NCBI GenBank assembly: GCA_017463125.1
Contig: JAFTPV010000013.1
Coordinates: 79,926-143,925, forward strand
Reading direction: 5' to 3'
Source: Clostridia bacterium
GTDB taxonomy: Bacteria > Bacillota > Clostridia > Oscillospirales > CAG-272
DNA length: 64,000 nt
In this document: piece after piece, positions 1 through 8,210 of the stretch
How the letters are laid out: the number at the start of each line of letters is the position of its first letter
How positions within the stretch are numbered: position 1 is the first letter of the stretch
Notes under the pieces: model-generated
What the model was told of the DNA's origin: nothing
The model's database searches: none
Seen by the model: the letters and a program-made list of their open reading frames with translations, nothing else
Translations under genes and position numbers: made by a program

Positions 1-1269
1 GTCAGAGGGCCTTGTTTTTCCTCGCGGGTGATTATGAGCTATTATAACGCTTTTTGCACCTCGTTTTGCTGCTATCTCCAGCATTTTTCGGGGTATGATT
101 TCAGAGCAATTCACCGTCCCTGAGGCAACCTTATCACAAGCGATAAAGGCAGATTCCTTGTCGAGTGAGATGAGATACACGACCTCGACAGGCTCGTAAA
201 GATAAAGCGCCTTAAGGTAGTCAAGAATCTGTTCGGTTGAATATACCTCGTAGGGTTTATAGCTATCCGTCACGCGTCTGCTCGTTATCGCGGCGAGTAT
301 TTTTATTTGACCGGCTGCACCCTCTCCGACCTCTGCCGACAGCTCGTCTATACCGGACTGGAAAATGTACTCGAGCGTTCCGAAGCGCAATAGCAGCTTA
401 TCCGCAATAGCGCGGCCTTCACCTCTGCAGACAGGCTCGATAAGCTCACCCAGCAGTGCTACGCTCTCGTCCTCCGCACAATAAAAGTCGAGCTTCTCCC
501 CAATAAAATCGGCGTCATCATAGGATGGGCTTGGCGTATCGGATTTTTGCCGAAGATGTAATTTTTGATAAAGTCTGCGCTCGAAATTTTCCATCATGCC
601 GCTAGCATTCTCTCCGCAGACCACGAAATGCTCGATAAGGTTTACACCGACCTCCGAAAGTCCCTTCTTTATCTCATTATTAGTAACTCTGTCAGAGGGG
701 CTTGGTACATCCGGACCAAAGGGGTGGTTATGCGCTATGACTGCAACAGAGGCGCGCTTTTTAAGTGCTATATCAATAAAGTCCTTGGGCTGTACCGCTG
801 ACGAATCAAAGTCGGTATCATAAATATCGCAAAGCTCAATCGGATGCATTGAATTATCAAGATAAAGCACCGACACCTTGTATTCACCGCACTCCTTGTA
901 ATGATTTACAAAAAGGCGCTTTATATCCGCAACTCCCTCAAAGGCACAATCGCCCGAATCGCACTCAAGCTTAAGCTGCAAGGGAATCTCCGCAGCCTTC
1001 CCTATCAGCTCGGCAACTCTTTTTCCGACTCCCTGCACGCTCATAAGCTCTTCTTCAGACGCAGAAAAAACGCCCTCAAGCGAGCCGAAGGCGTAAAGAA
1101 GTCTTTTTGCTATTGGATTTGTGTCCTTATACGGTATTACGCTGTAAAGTAGCATTTCAAGAATTTCGTACGTGTCGAATATCTCAGCGCCATAGGCGGC
1201 GAATTTGGCGCGCATACGTTTCCTGTGACCGAGATGGACCTGATTGTCTTCTAAATGCTTAGGAACCAT
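1..1269 (-). CDS. radC: RadC/JAB-family protein with two tandem RadC modules in one ORF; C-terminus runs off the left window edge
   Basis: My hand translation of the minus strand from ATG 1269-1267 stays open to position 1. N-terminal RadC-like 'HRKRMRAKF..EILEMLLY..KDTNPIAKRLL..FGSLEGVFSASEEEL' region. First JAB motif 'IAHNHPFGPDVPSPSD' lies near 735-690. A second HhH-like region and second JAB motif 'IIAHNHPRGKTRPSD' lie at about 45-1. The start overlaps the trmB stop (TAATG). Confidence 0.8.
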   Translation of the reverse strand, partial: MVPKHLEDNQVHLGHRKRMRAKFAAYGAEIFDTYEILEMLLYSVIPYKDTNPIAKRLLYAFGSLEGVFSASEEELMSVQGVGKRVAELIGKAAEIPLQLKLECDSGDCAFEGVADIKRLFVNHYKECGEYKVSVLYLDNSMHPIELCDIYDTDFDSSAVQPKDFIDIALKKRASVAVIAHNHPFGPDVPSPSDRVTNNEIKKGLSEVGVNLIEHFVVCGENASGMMENFERRLYQKLHLRQKSDTPSPSYDDADFIGEKLDFYCAEDESVALLGELIEPVCRGEGRAIADKLLLRFGTLEYIFQSGIDELSAEVGEGAAGQIKILAAITSRRVTDSYKPYEVYSTEQILDYLKALYLYEPVEVVYLISLDKESAFIACDKVASGTVNCSEIIPRKMLEIAAKRGAKSVIIAHNHPRGKTRPSD

Positions 1270-1988
1270 TAAAGACTTTCCTTTTTATAAAATTCTCTAT
1301 CGTAAAATTCCGGCGAAATCAACGGAGAAAAGCCGGCAGGCTTCGTCGCCTCAAGCATATTTATAAGAACGCCCTGTGAAGAAAAGGCGGTTTCATATTC
1401 CGTCATAATATTGCCCTCATTCCACTCGGACGAGTGAAGGTCACGGGTCATTTTATCAAGACGGAGCTCCATCGCAGAAAAATCCTCAAGAGAAAAATCA
1501 AACAGGGCATCGTTATCAGTCTTGAAGGTTATTTTTCCACCGTCCCTCAAGAGATTGAAATAAACGGCAAGATACCGTCTGTGCGTCAAGCGGCGTTTAG
1601 CATATCCCTTCTTTGACCAAGGGTCAGAGAAATTAAGAAATATTCTGTCAACGCTTCCTTTCGCGAATATTTTAAGCAGGTTGTCGGCTGTGTCAATTAT
1701 GAAACGAAGATTGCCGCCGCCCTCGCCGAAAGCTTCCTTTGCCTTCTCCGCGCCGAGCACTACACAGTCGCTGACGCGCTCCATAGCAAAATAAGCAGCC
1801 TCGGGATAGCGCTCCGCCATCTTACAGGCAAAGCCGCCCTTTCCCGCTCCTATTTCAAGAAAGACGGGGGCGCCGCTCATATTCATAACGGCTCCGGGGT
1901 CGGACATAGGCTCCGTTATATTATCAAGAACAAGCGCAGCACAAGCGTCAAGCCTTGCCTCACCGTTCTTTTTCTTTCTCATTCTCAT
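1269..1988 (-). CDS. trmB: tRNA (guanine-N7)-methyltransferase
   Basis: 239-aa ORF with SAM-binding 'FLEIGAGKGGF' and TrmB signature 'LNFSDPWSKK..RR'. Confidence 0.9.
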   Translation of the reverse strand: MRMRKKKNGEARLDACAALVLDNITEPMSDPGAVMNMSGAPVFLEIGAGKGGFACKMAERYPEAAYFAMERVSDCVVLGAEKAKEAFGEGGGNLRFIIDTADNLLKIFAKGSVDRIFLNFSDPWSKKGYAKRRLTHRRYLAVYFNLLRDGGKITFKTDNDALFDFSLEDFSAMELRLDKMTRDLHSSEWNEGNIMTEYETAFSSQGVLINMLEATKPAGFSPLISPEFYDREFYKKESL

Positions 1989-2008
1989 ATAGGGTCGCCC
2001 CTTCCGTA

Positions 2009-3607
2009 TTAATCGTCGTTTTTGCTGAACTCGGCAAGCTCGAGTCCCGGGTTGTCCTCAAGTACCCAGCGGATAGTCCACTCGCTAGTGAATATAAGAA
2101 GATTCTTTCCTCTGAAGTCCTGAACCCACTTGGTATCATGGGAGAGCTTCAAGGTTTTAGGGTCAAGGTCCTCGTTTGCTATCCAGCGTATCTGGCTGTA
2201 ATTCATATTAGAGCGGCGAAGATCACAGCCGTACTCGTTCTTCAGCCTATATTCGAGCACCTCGAACTGCAGCACGCCCACAACGCCGACGATAACTCTC
2301 TCAAGACCCGAGTTTGGCTCAAAGAATATCTGTATCGCACCCTCTTGGGCTATCTGGTTCATGCCTTTAGCAAACTGCTTACGCTTCATTGAGTCAACCT
2401 GCTCAACAAGAGCAAAATGCTCGGGAGCGAAGGTAGGTATGCCCTCAAACTTTATCTTTTTTCCCTTCTCGCAAACTGTATCACCGATAGCGAAGATTCC
2501 GGGGTCAAATACACCGATTATATCGCCGGCATAAGCCTCGTCTATAACCTCTCTCTCCGCCGCCATCATCTGCTGGGGCTGGGAGAGCTTAAACGCCTTT
2601 TGCCCCTGCACGTGATAATAGTCCTTACCGCGCTCAAACTTTCCCGAGCAGATACGCATAAACGCAATCCTGTCCCTGTGCGCCTTATTCATATTCGCCT
2701 GAATTTTGAATACAAATGCGGAGAAGCCCTCGTCAAAGGGATCTACTGTTGCGCCCTCCGCAACTCTTGGAAGAGGGGAGGTCGTCATCTTAAGGAAATG
2801 CTCGAGGAATGGCTCAATGCCGAAATTGTTAAGTGCGGAGCCGAAGAATACGGGCGAGAGCTTGCCGTGCCTTACAGCCTCTAGGTCAAAGTCAAAGGAG
2901 GCTCCGTCAAGCAGCTCAACCTGCTCAACCAGCTCTGCTCTCTGATACTCGCCGATAAGCTCGTCGAGCTTTGCCGTATCGGTTATCTCGCAGTCAATAC
3001 CGTGTATCCTGTCACGACCCCTGTGGGAGTCGCCAAAGGAGAGTATCGAGCGCCTATCTCTGTCGTAAACGCCCTTGAACTTTTGTCCGCAACCGATAGG
3101 CCAGTTCATCGGATAGGTTCCGATGCCGAACTCGCGCTCCAGCTCGTCAAGAAGGTCGAACGGGTCTCTTGCCTCACGGTCCATTTTGTTTATGAAGGTG
3201 AAGATAGGAATGTCGCGCATAGCGCATACCTTAAAGAGCTTTCTGGTCTGCGGCTCAATACCCTTTGCCGCATCTATTACCATCACTGCAGAATCCGCCG
3301 CCATAAGAGTACGGTAAGTGTCCTCGGAGAAATCCTGGTGGCCGGGAGTGTCAAGAATATTTATACAATATCCGTCGTATTCAAACTGCAATACAGACGA
3401 GGTGATGGAGATACCTCTCTGCTTCTCAAGCTCCATCCAGTCAGATACCGCGTGCTTGTCGTTCTGCTTGCCCTTTACCGAGCCGGCAGACTGTATAGCA
3501 CCGCCGTAAAGCAGGAACTTTTCAGTTAAGGTAGTCTTACCTGCGTCGGGGTGAGATATTATGGCAAACGTGCGCCTTCTTTTTACCTCTGATACAAAAT
3601 CAGCCAT
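2009..3607 (-). CDS. prfC: peptide chain release factor 3 (translational GTPase)
   Basis: 'RRRTFAIISHPDAGKTTLTEK', 'DTPGHQDF', 'NKMDR'. The ORF is open to 3637, but the conserved RF3 N-terminus fits the Met at 3607 (MADFVSEVKRRRTF). Confidence 0.92.
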   Translation of the reverse strand: MADFVSEVKRRRTFAIISHPDAGKTTLTEKFLLYGGAIQSAGSVKGKQNDKHAVSDWMELEKQRGISITSSVLQFEYDGYCINILDTPGHQDFSEDTYRTLMAADSAVMVIDAAKGIEPQTRKLFKVCAMRDIPIFTFINKMDREARDPFDLLDELEREFGIGTYPMNWPIGCGQKFKGVYDRDRRSILSFGDSHRGRDRIHGIDCEITDTAKLDELIGEYQRAELVEQVELLDGASFDFDLEAVRHGKLSPVFFGSALNNFGIEPFLEHFLKMTTSPLPRVAEGATVDPFDEGFSAFVFKIQANMNKAHRDRIAFMRICSGKFERGKDYYHVQGQKAFKLSQPQQMMAAEREVIDEAYAGDIIGVFDPGIFAIGDTVCEKGKKIKFEGIPTFAPEHFALVEQVDSMKRKQFAKGMNQIAQEGAIQIFFEPNSGLERVIVGVVGVLQFEVLEYRLKNEYGCDLRRSNMNYSQIRWIANEDLDPKTLKLSHDTKWVQDFRGKNLLIFTSEWTIRWVLEDNPGLELAEFSKNDD

Positions 3608-3809
3608 CTTCGCCTTTCTTACGCCCCAGCGCATCACGCGGTAGGCGTACTTTCTTTTCGCTTTATTTTAACCAAATTATTTTATCACATATTTTATTTT
3701 TTGTCAAGTACGGTAAATAATATTGTTACGAATTTTACGTACAATGGTGCCTGCCCGTTTGGTATGAATAATCTAATAAAATCACGGCGCCCGAAAAGCG
3801 AGCGCCGCT

Positions 3810-3908
3810 TCAGTTTGTGTTGCAGCAACCGGAATTTGTTTTGTTTCCCGACAAATCAAGTTTGCGTTTATAAGCGATACATAGGCGGTGCTCTTTTTCT
3901 TTTTTCAT
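3810..3908 (-). CDS. candidate 32-aa small ORF (MKKEKEHRLCIAYKRKLDLSGNKTNSGCCNTN), below the ORF-track cutoff
   Basis: ATG at 3908 is preceded by AGGAGA (reverse complement of 3911-3920). The TGA stop at 3812-3810 is followed on the minus strand by the hairpin CGGCGC..GCGCCG (3785-3808) and a T-rich run. Confidence 0.3.
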   Translation of the reverse strand: MKKEKEHRLCIAYKRKLDLSGNKTNSGCCNTN

Positions 3909-4297
3909 ATCTTCTCTCCTTCTTCTTTCATCAAGCGCACCTTATCAAAAAAATAAAAGATGCACCAACCGAGGTCAGCGCACCGAAAAAGCGCCTCTCT
4001 CATTGTTGTCACACAAGCTTAAATCCATTTCGGGCATAAGCAAAAAGAGAAAACGCCTTTTACCAAGGTATAGTTTCCCCAAAATGGATATTATTAACTT
4101 GTGTGACGCGAGTATTATAGCATATTTCAAGAAGATTGTCAACATTTTTATATTTTGCGCTGAACATTATTTTGAGATGAATCTAATTTATTTCTTATTC
4201 TAATGATCAAAGGTGACCCCTATTTTCAAGAAATATTTGCTACTAATAATTCCCCATATCGCGCCAAATACTAATAAAAAATGAAAGGAACAACGGT

Positions 4298-4729
4298 ATG
4301 CAAACCGATACTATAAGGCTCCTGCGAGAATGTAACGCAGGAATAAAAATGGGCGAGGACGCAATAAAGTACGTTCTTCCCCACGCTCACAGCGATGAAC
4401 TGAAGCACACCCTCCAGGTCTGTAAGAACACTCACGCCTCGCTCGGCGACGAAACCCACGAGCTGCTTCTGCGCCATAGCGCTAACACAAAGGACCCCCA
4501 CCCGATGGCACGTGCTATGAGCAGTATGAAGATACGCGCCACAATGGCGGCAAAGGAAAGCGACAGCCGTATAGCCGATCTGATGACGGACGGTTGCGAT
4601 ATGGGCATCAAGTCACTCACGAAGTACCTTAACAGGTACAAAAACGCCGACACCGAAGCAAAAAATATTGCTAAAAGGCTCATCGCATCCGAGGAATATC
4701 TCGAAAGTAAAATGCGTGCTTTTCTTTAA
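4298..4729 (+). CDS. hypothetical helical protein (143 aa), function unknown
   Basis: Only sizeable ORF in this interval. A hairpin lies downstream at about 4750-4785. No catalytic motif recognised. Confidence 0.5.
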   Translation: MQTDTIRLLRECNAGIKMGEDAIKYVLPHAHSDELKHTLQVCKNTHASLGDETHELLLRHSANTKDPHPMARAMSSMKIRATMAAKESDSRIADLMTDGCDMGIKSLTKYLNRYKNADTEAKNIAKRLIASEEYLESKMRAFL

Positions 4730-4882
4730 TTGCACTCATAGCAAAGCGCAAATGTAAATGAAAGTTTTCATTTACGCGCAAATTTGCCGCACTCAACCAC
4801 ACTCACCCGTCCGCGCTACCCTATTTGAGCACCATACTCGAAAAAACATTTGAAAATTATTTGACAAAAATCAAAAAAACTC

Positions 4883-4911
4883 TTGACTTTTGCCAAAACG
4901 AGTGATATAAT
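4883..4911 (+). promoter_or_regulatory. sigma-A type promoter for tRNA-Pro (TTGACT, 17-nt spacer, TGaTATAAT)
   Basis: TTGACT at 4883-4888, 17-nt spacer, extended -10 TG at 4903-4904, TATAAT at 4906-4911. It lies about 50 nt upstream of the tRNA. Confidence 0.7.
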
Positions 4912-4963
4912 ATATTAGACTTTTCGGGAAGGCAATAGCCCTCTAAGCGAAAAAAGTCAATAT

Positions 4964-5039
4964 CTGGGTGTGGCGCAGTTGGTAGCGCGCTACCTTGGGG
5001 TGGTAGAGGCCGCAAGTTCAAGTCTTGTCACTCAGACCA
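4964..5039 (+). tRNA. tRNA-Pro (anticodon GGG), CCA encoded
   Basis: Hand-folded 76-nt cloverleaf. Acceptor CTGGGTG/CACTCAG, D arm GCGC/GCGC, anticodon arm CTACC-TTGGGGT-GGTAG (GGG at 34-36, G37). T arm GCAAG-TTCAAGT-CTTGT, discriminator A, then CCA. Confidence 0.92.
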
Positions 5040-5045
5040 GAAAAA

Positions 5046-5080
5046 GCATAGAAAACAGCCGTTTTCTGTGCTTTTTTCTT
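5046..5080 (+). terminator. rho-independent terminator after tRNA-Pro
   Basis: Stem GCATAGAAAAC / GTTTTCTGTGC (one G-T pair), 4-nt loop, then TTTTTT. Confidence 0.7.
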
Positions 5081-5138
5081 TTGTTTTTAGCGGTTTTTCG
5101 TACTTTTTCGGTCAAACGGCCTCGCCAATAATTCCCTT

Positions 5139-5161
5139 GACCACAATAGCGACCACAATTG
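5139..5161 (+). repeat. tandem GACCACAAT half-sites (GACCACAATAGCGACCACAATT), left copy
   Basis: Near-identical to 31195-31218 (GACCACAATAAACGACCACAGTT), in the same orientation, about 100 nt inside the tRNA-derived repeat. Confidence 0.6.
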
Positions 5162-5346
5162 ATTTTCTACGTCAGAATAAAGGAGAACGTACGTTATAGT
5201 ACTGTATTTTTTATTTTACCTCCATATTTCGTTTTTTAGTTATCATTGATATTGATAATATTCAATAATTAAAGGCGTTAATCGTAGCTTGCGATTAACG
5301 CCTTTAAACTTTCTTCAAAATGCAAATTGCTTGATTTTATTGCCAA

Positions 5347-6477
5347 TTAAACGAAAGCCAATGCTTTATCAGAAATATATTCTTGCACACATCCAAATGT
5401 TTCAATTTTCTCAGATCCGTCAACCGTATTTTTCCTATATCTAAAAACACCAATATCTTGCGGAATCGTTGATATCTTGGTATTAGGCATAACTTTCTTG
5501 ATTTTTAAAGATATATCTTTATCTTTTTTTCCTTTGTTGCCTACCACAAAAAACTTACTCGATAAAGCCTTTATTCTTTCGATATCTTCTTCTGTGGGAA
5601 GCTTGCTGTTTTTATTGTATACCGTCGTTGCTGAAATAGGTTTTTCCTGCAATAATGTAGTCCAGATCTCATCTAAGTGTCCTGTTATGCTACCATGATG
5701 AGGAACCTTAAAAACCGATGATTTGGTTTTCGGATGTGCATATTCATTTACTATTTTCCCCCATCCATCCTCTTTTGAATTGGTAGATTCCATGTCGCTT
5801 CCTAGCAAAAAACCATCTCCATTATATTTCAATAGCAAAACTATGCTTAGCAAATTATCACTTGGAAAACAATACGATGTAGCTTGTTTCGATGACGGCA
5901 ACAGTATCTTATCAAGAAATCTAAATAAATCTTTGTCACTTGGAGACAGAGAATAAACCTCCGCTTCCTCTTCGTGTTCATTGGAATAGATTCTTTTATC
6001 TACTGTAGCAAAAATAACATTTTCCCCATTTCGATCACGAATAAAATCATATACTTTACGGAACTCTTTTGTACTAGGATTGTTCTCCTCAAAACCTCTT
6101 GAGATGTATTGATTGAATTTTTGTTCTCTGATTATCGGACTAATAACCAATTTTACCTCTTTGCTAGCCTCATTTAGTATATCAGAAATGCCAGATATAT
6201 GGTCTTGGTGCCAATGAGTCAATACAACTTCACTAATTGAGGAAATGGGCAAATTCAGGCTGTTCAAATAATCAATAGCTATAGGATTGCTCGTGCTCGA
6301 ATTAACGAAAGAATCTATTACTATAAATTTTTGATTTTTACAGCATAATACGATGCACTCTCCAAATCCACGACCAAAAATGGAGATCTCTATTTCATCA
6401 GCCGTCGGTGGAGTCTGAAACAACGATTGATCTAAAAAACTCTGTCCATTCATTAGCTTTTCTTTCTGCTTCCTCAA
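5347..6477 (-). CDS. ComEC/Rec2-type metallo-beta-lactamase-fold hydrolase (putative nuclease)
   Basis: 'VVLTHWHQDHISGI' (HxHxDH) and a later 'FKVPHHGS' motif, typical of ComEC-like MBL domains. The start may be the internal Met at 6453, because the ORF overlaps the upstream ORF. Confidence 0.75.
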   Translation of the reverse strand: MRKQKEKLMNGQSFLDQSLFQTPPTADEIEISIFGRGFGECIVLCCKNQKFIVIDSFVNSSTSNPIAIDYLNSLNLPISSISEVVLTHWHQDHISGISDILNEASKEVKLVISPIIREQKFNQYISRGFEENNPSTKEFRKVYDFIRDRNGENVIFATVDKRIYSNEHEEEAEVYSLSPSDKDLFRFLDKILLPSSKQATSYCFPSDNLLSIVLLLKYNGDGFLLGSDMESTNSKEDGWGKIVNEYAHPKTKSSVFKVPHHGSITGHLDEIWTTLLQEKPISATTVYNKNSKLPTEEDIERIKALSSKFFVVGNKGKKDKDISLKIKKVMPNTKISTIPQDIGVFRYRKNTVDGSEKIETFGCVQEYISDKALAFV

Positions 6478-7033
6478 TTTTTTGCGAACTCAATGCTCTT
6501 GTTCTTCTTAAAACAATTTTGGATATATTTGTTTGTTGACCTGTTTTCTGTGTTTCTTTTCCTATTAGCCAAACAAAGCTTGCTCCGATATTAATCAACG
6601 CTTTATCCGATGGATACTGCAAATCTTCAAAATCGAATTCTGCTAGAACTTTTTGAGTTTCATCAACAACACTTGTCAATACTGCTGTAAAGGTTTCTGA
6701 TTCAAAGTTTATTGTTTCAACAATACCATTGTATTGCTCTAAATATCTATAAAAAGTATCGGTATCGATCCTTTTATACTCTTTCGCTATATGCCTAATT
6801 GCAACTTCTACATTTTCAGACACTCTAACTTTTCCACCAGAAGAATTTAAATATAACAAATTAGAACTGGTAGCAAATTCATGTTCCGACTGCTTATCTG
6901 TCGTAACTACATTATCGTTCAGTGCAACCATTAAAGCATCCAATTCGTCTTCGTCTCGCAATTTAACAGGATAACTCTTATCCTCTTCACTAGCATCCAG
7001 ATCAATGTATGAAGAGTTTTTATTGTCAAACAT
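6398..7033 (-). CDS. hypothetical acidic protein (211 aa)
   Basis: ORF overlaps both neighbours (8 nt upstream, 56-80 nt downstream). No recognised motif. Confidence 0.5.
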   Translation of the reverse strand: MFDNKNSSYIDLDASEEDKSYPVKLRDEDELDALMVALNDNVVTTDKQSEHEFATSSNLLYLNSSGGKVRVSENVEVAIRHIAKEYKRIDTDTFYRYLEQYNGIVETINFESETFTAVLTSVVDETQKVLAEFDFEDLQYPSDKALINIGASFVWLIGKETQKTGQQTNISKIVLRRTRALSSQKIEEAERKANEWTEFFRSIVVSDSTDG

Positions 7034-7727
7034 CTTCCTTTAACACCTCTATCAATAAATCCTGCTGGAGATTTTTCATTTTATCAAAAGACAATTCAAA
7101 CAACTCATCCAAACGTTCCATTACATTATCAGCCATAGAAGCATCATCTTTAAAATCAGTATGACTATTGCAATTAATAAAAATACCCGGTTTTATGATA
7201 GCGGATGGTTGCAATGTCATTGCAATGTGCTCCGTATCGCTATCGCTATTTTTTTGCATAGTTATAGAAATCAAACCGCTTTTCCTATCATCGCCAGAAA
7301 CCTCGTCCTCTAGCAAAGATTTCCAATACTTTTTGGGAGCTAATCTATCTCCAACCAATTGGTACTTTGATTTATCTCCCACATTATAGTGTGCACTATA
7401 ATTTAGACCCATAGCACTGATAATTAAACCGCTGAATTTTTCAAAAGTCTTAATAACAAAATCTTTCAAAACAACAAACGGTTCTTTTTCTGCTATTACT
7501 TGAAATCTTTTCTGTTCAATACGTATATCCAATTGAGAAGTCTTAAACATAGTAATTTGATTGGAAACTACCATAGGAGAAGTTTTGTTGTTTTCTGCAA
7601 TATTGACTTCTTCAGGAGATATGATCTCATTTCGTTTAAACCATTCTGGTTGAAACATTAACGGATTAAAATCACCAATTAACACAATAGAACATTGATT
7701 TTTTTCAGGAATGTATGCGATTTCCAT
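7026..7727 (-). CDS. hypothetical protein (233 aa), first gene of the three-gene cassette
   Basis: Long ORF in an AT-rich region, co-directional with and overlapping the next ORF. No recognised motif. Confidence 0.55.
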   Translation of the reverse strand: MEIAYIPEKNQCSIVLIGDFNPLMFQPEWFKRNEIISPEEVNIAENNKTSPMVVSNQITMFKTSQLDIRIEQKRFQVIAEKEPFVVLKDFVIKTFEKFSGLIISAMGLNYSAHYNVGDKSKYQLVGDRLAPKKYWKSLLEDEVSGDDRKSGLISITMQKNSDSDTEHIAMTLQPSAIIKPGIFINCNSHTDFKDDASMADNVMERLDELFELSFDKMKNLQQDLLIEVLKEDV

Positions 7728-7963
7728 TATAATTCTCCAATCATATATCTTCCATATTACTTAAATATTAATTTCAAGAAAATTATATCACAAAATTTAA
7801 AGATTTTCAATAATATGGAACAAATTTTATATATTTCATCAAAAAGTCCAAAGGACGCTTTTCAGGCTACCCACTTCTTTTATTTCGCACCCCTGTTCTT
7901 TTTGTCAATTAAATATATCACATATGATATCCAATTAACACGGTAACAGATCCCTCCTGAGCA

Positions 7964-7988
7964 TTTTATTTGCTTTCTGCGTATCAAA
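7964..7988 (+). repeat. 25-bp direct repeat, left copy (candidate attL of the inner element): TTTTATTTGCTTTCTGCGTATCAAA
   Basis: 24/25 identical to 30857-30881. It lies about 220 bp from the end of the integrase genes. Confidence 0.6.
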
Positions 7989-8210
7989 ACTCGAATTTAA
8001 AAATGTCAAGTTTTTTTGAAATTTACTTGACATTTTGGTTATTTCAAATTCGCTATAAGAGTCTTCCATCTAATAAAAATGCCTTTAGCGACAAAAAATA
8101 TTAGATGAGACTATGAGTTGATAAACAGTTGTAACTTATTTAACTTAACCAAAAAGTTAAATAAGTTACAACATCAGCGACAGCCGTTTTTTCGGCTGTC
8201 GCTTTTGCGT

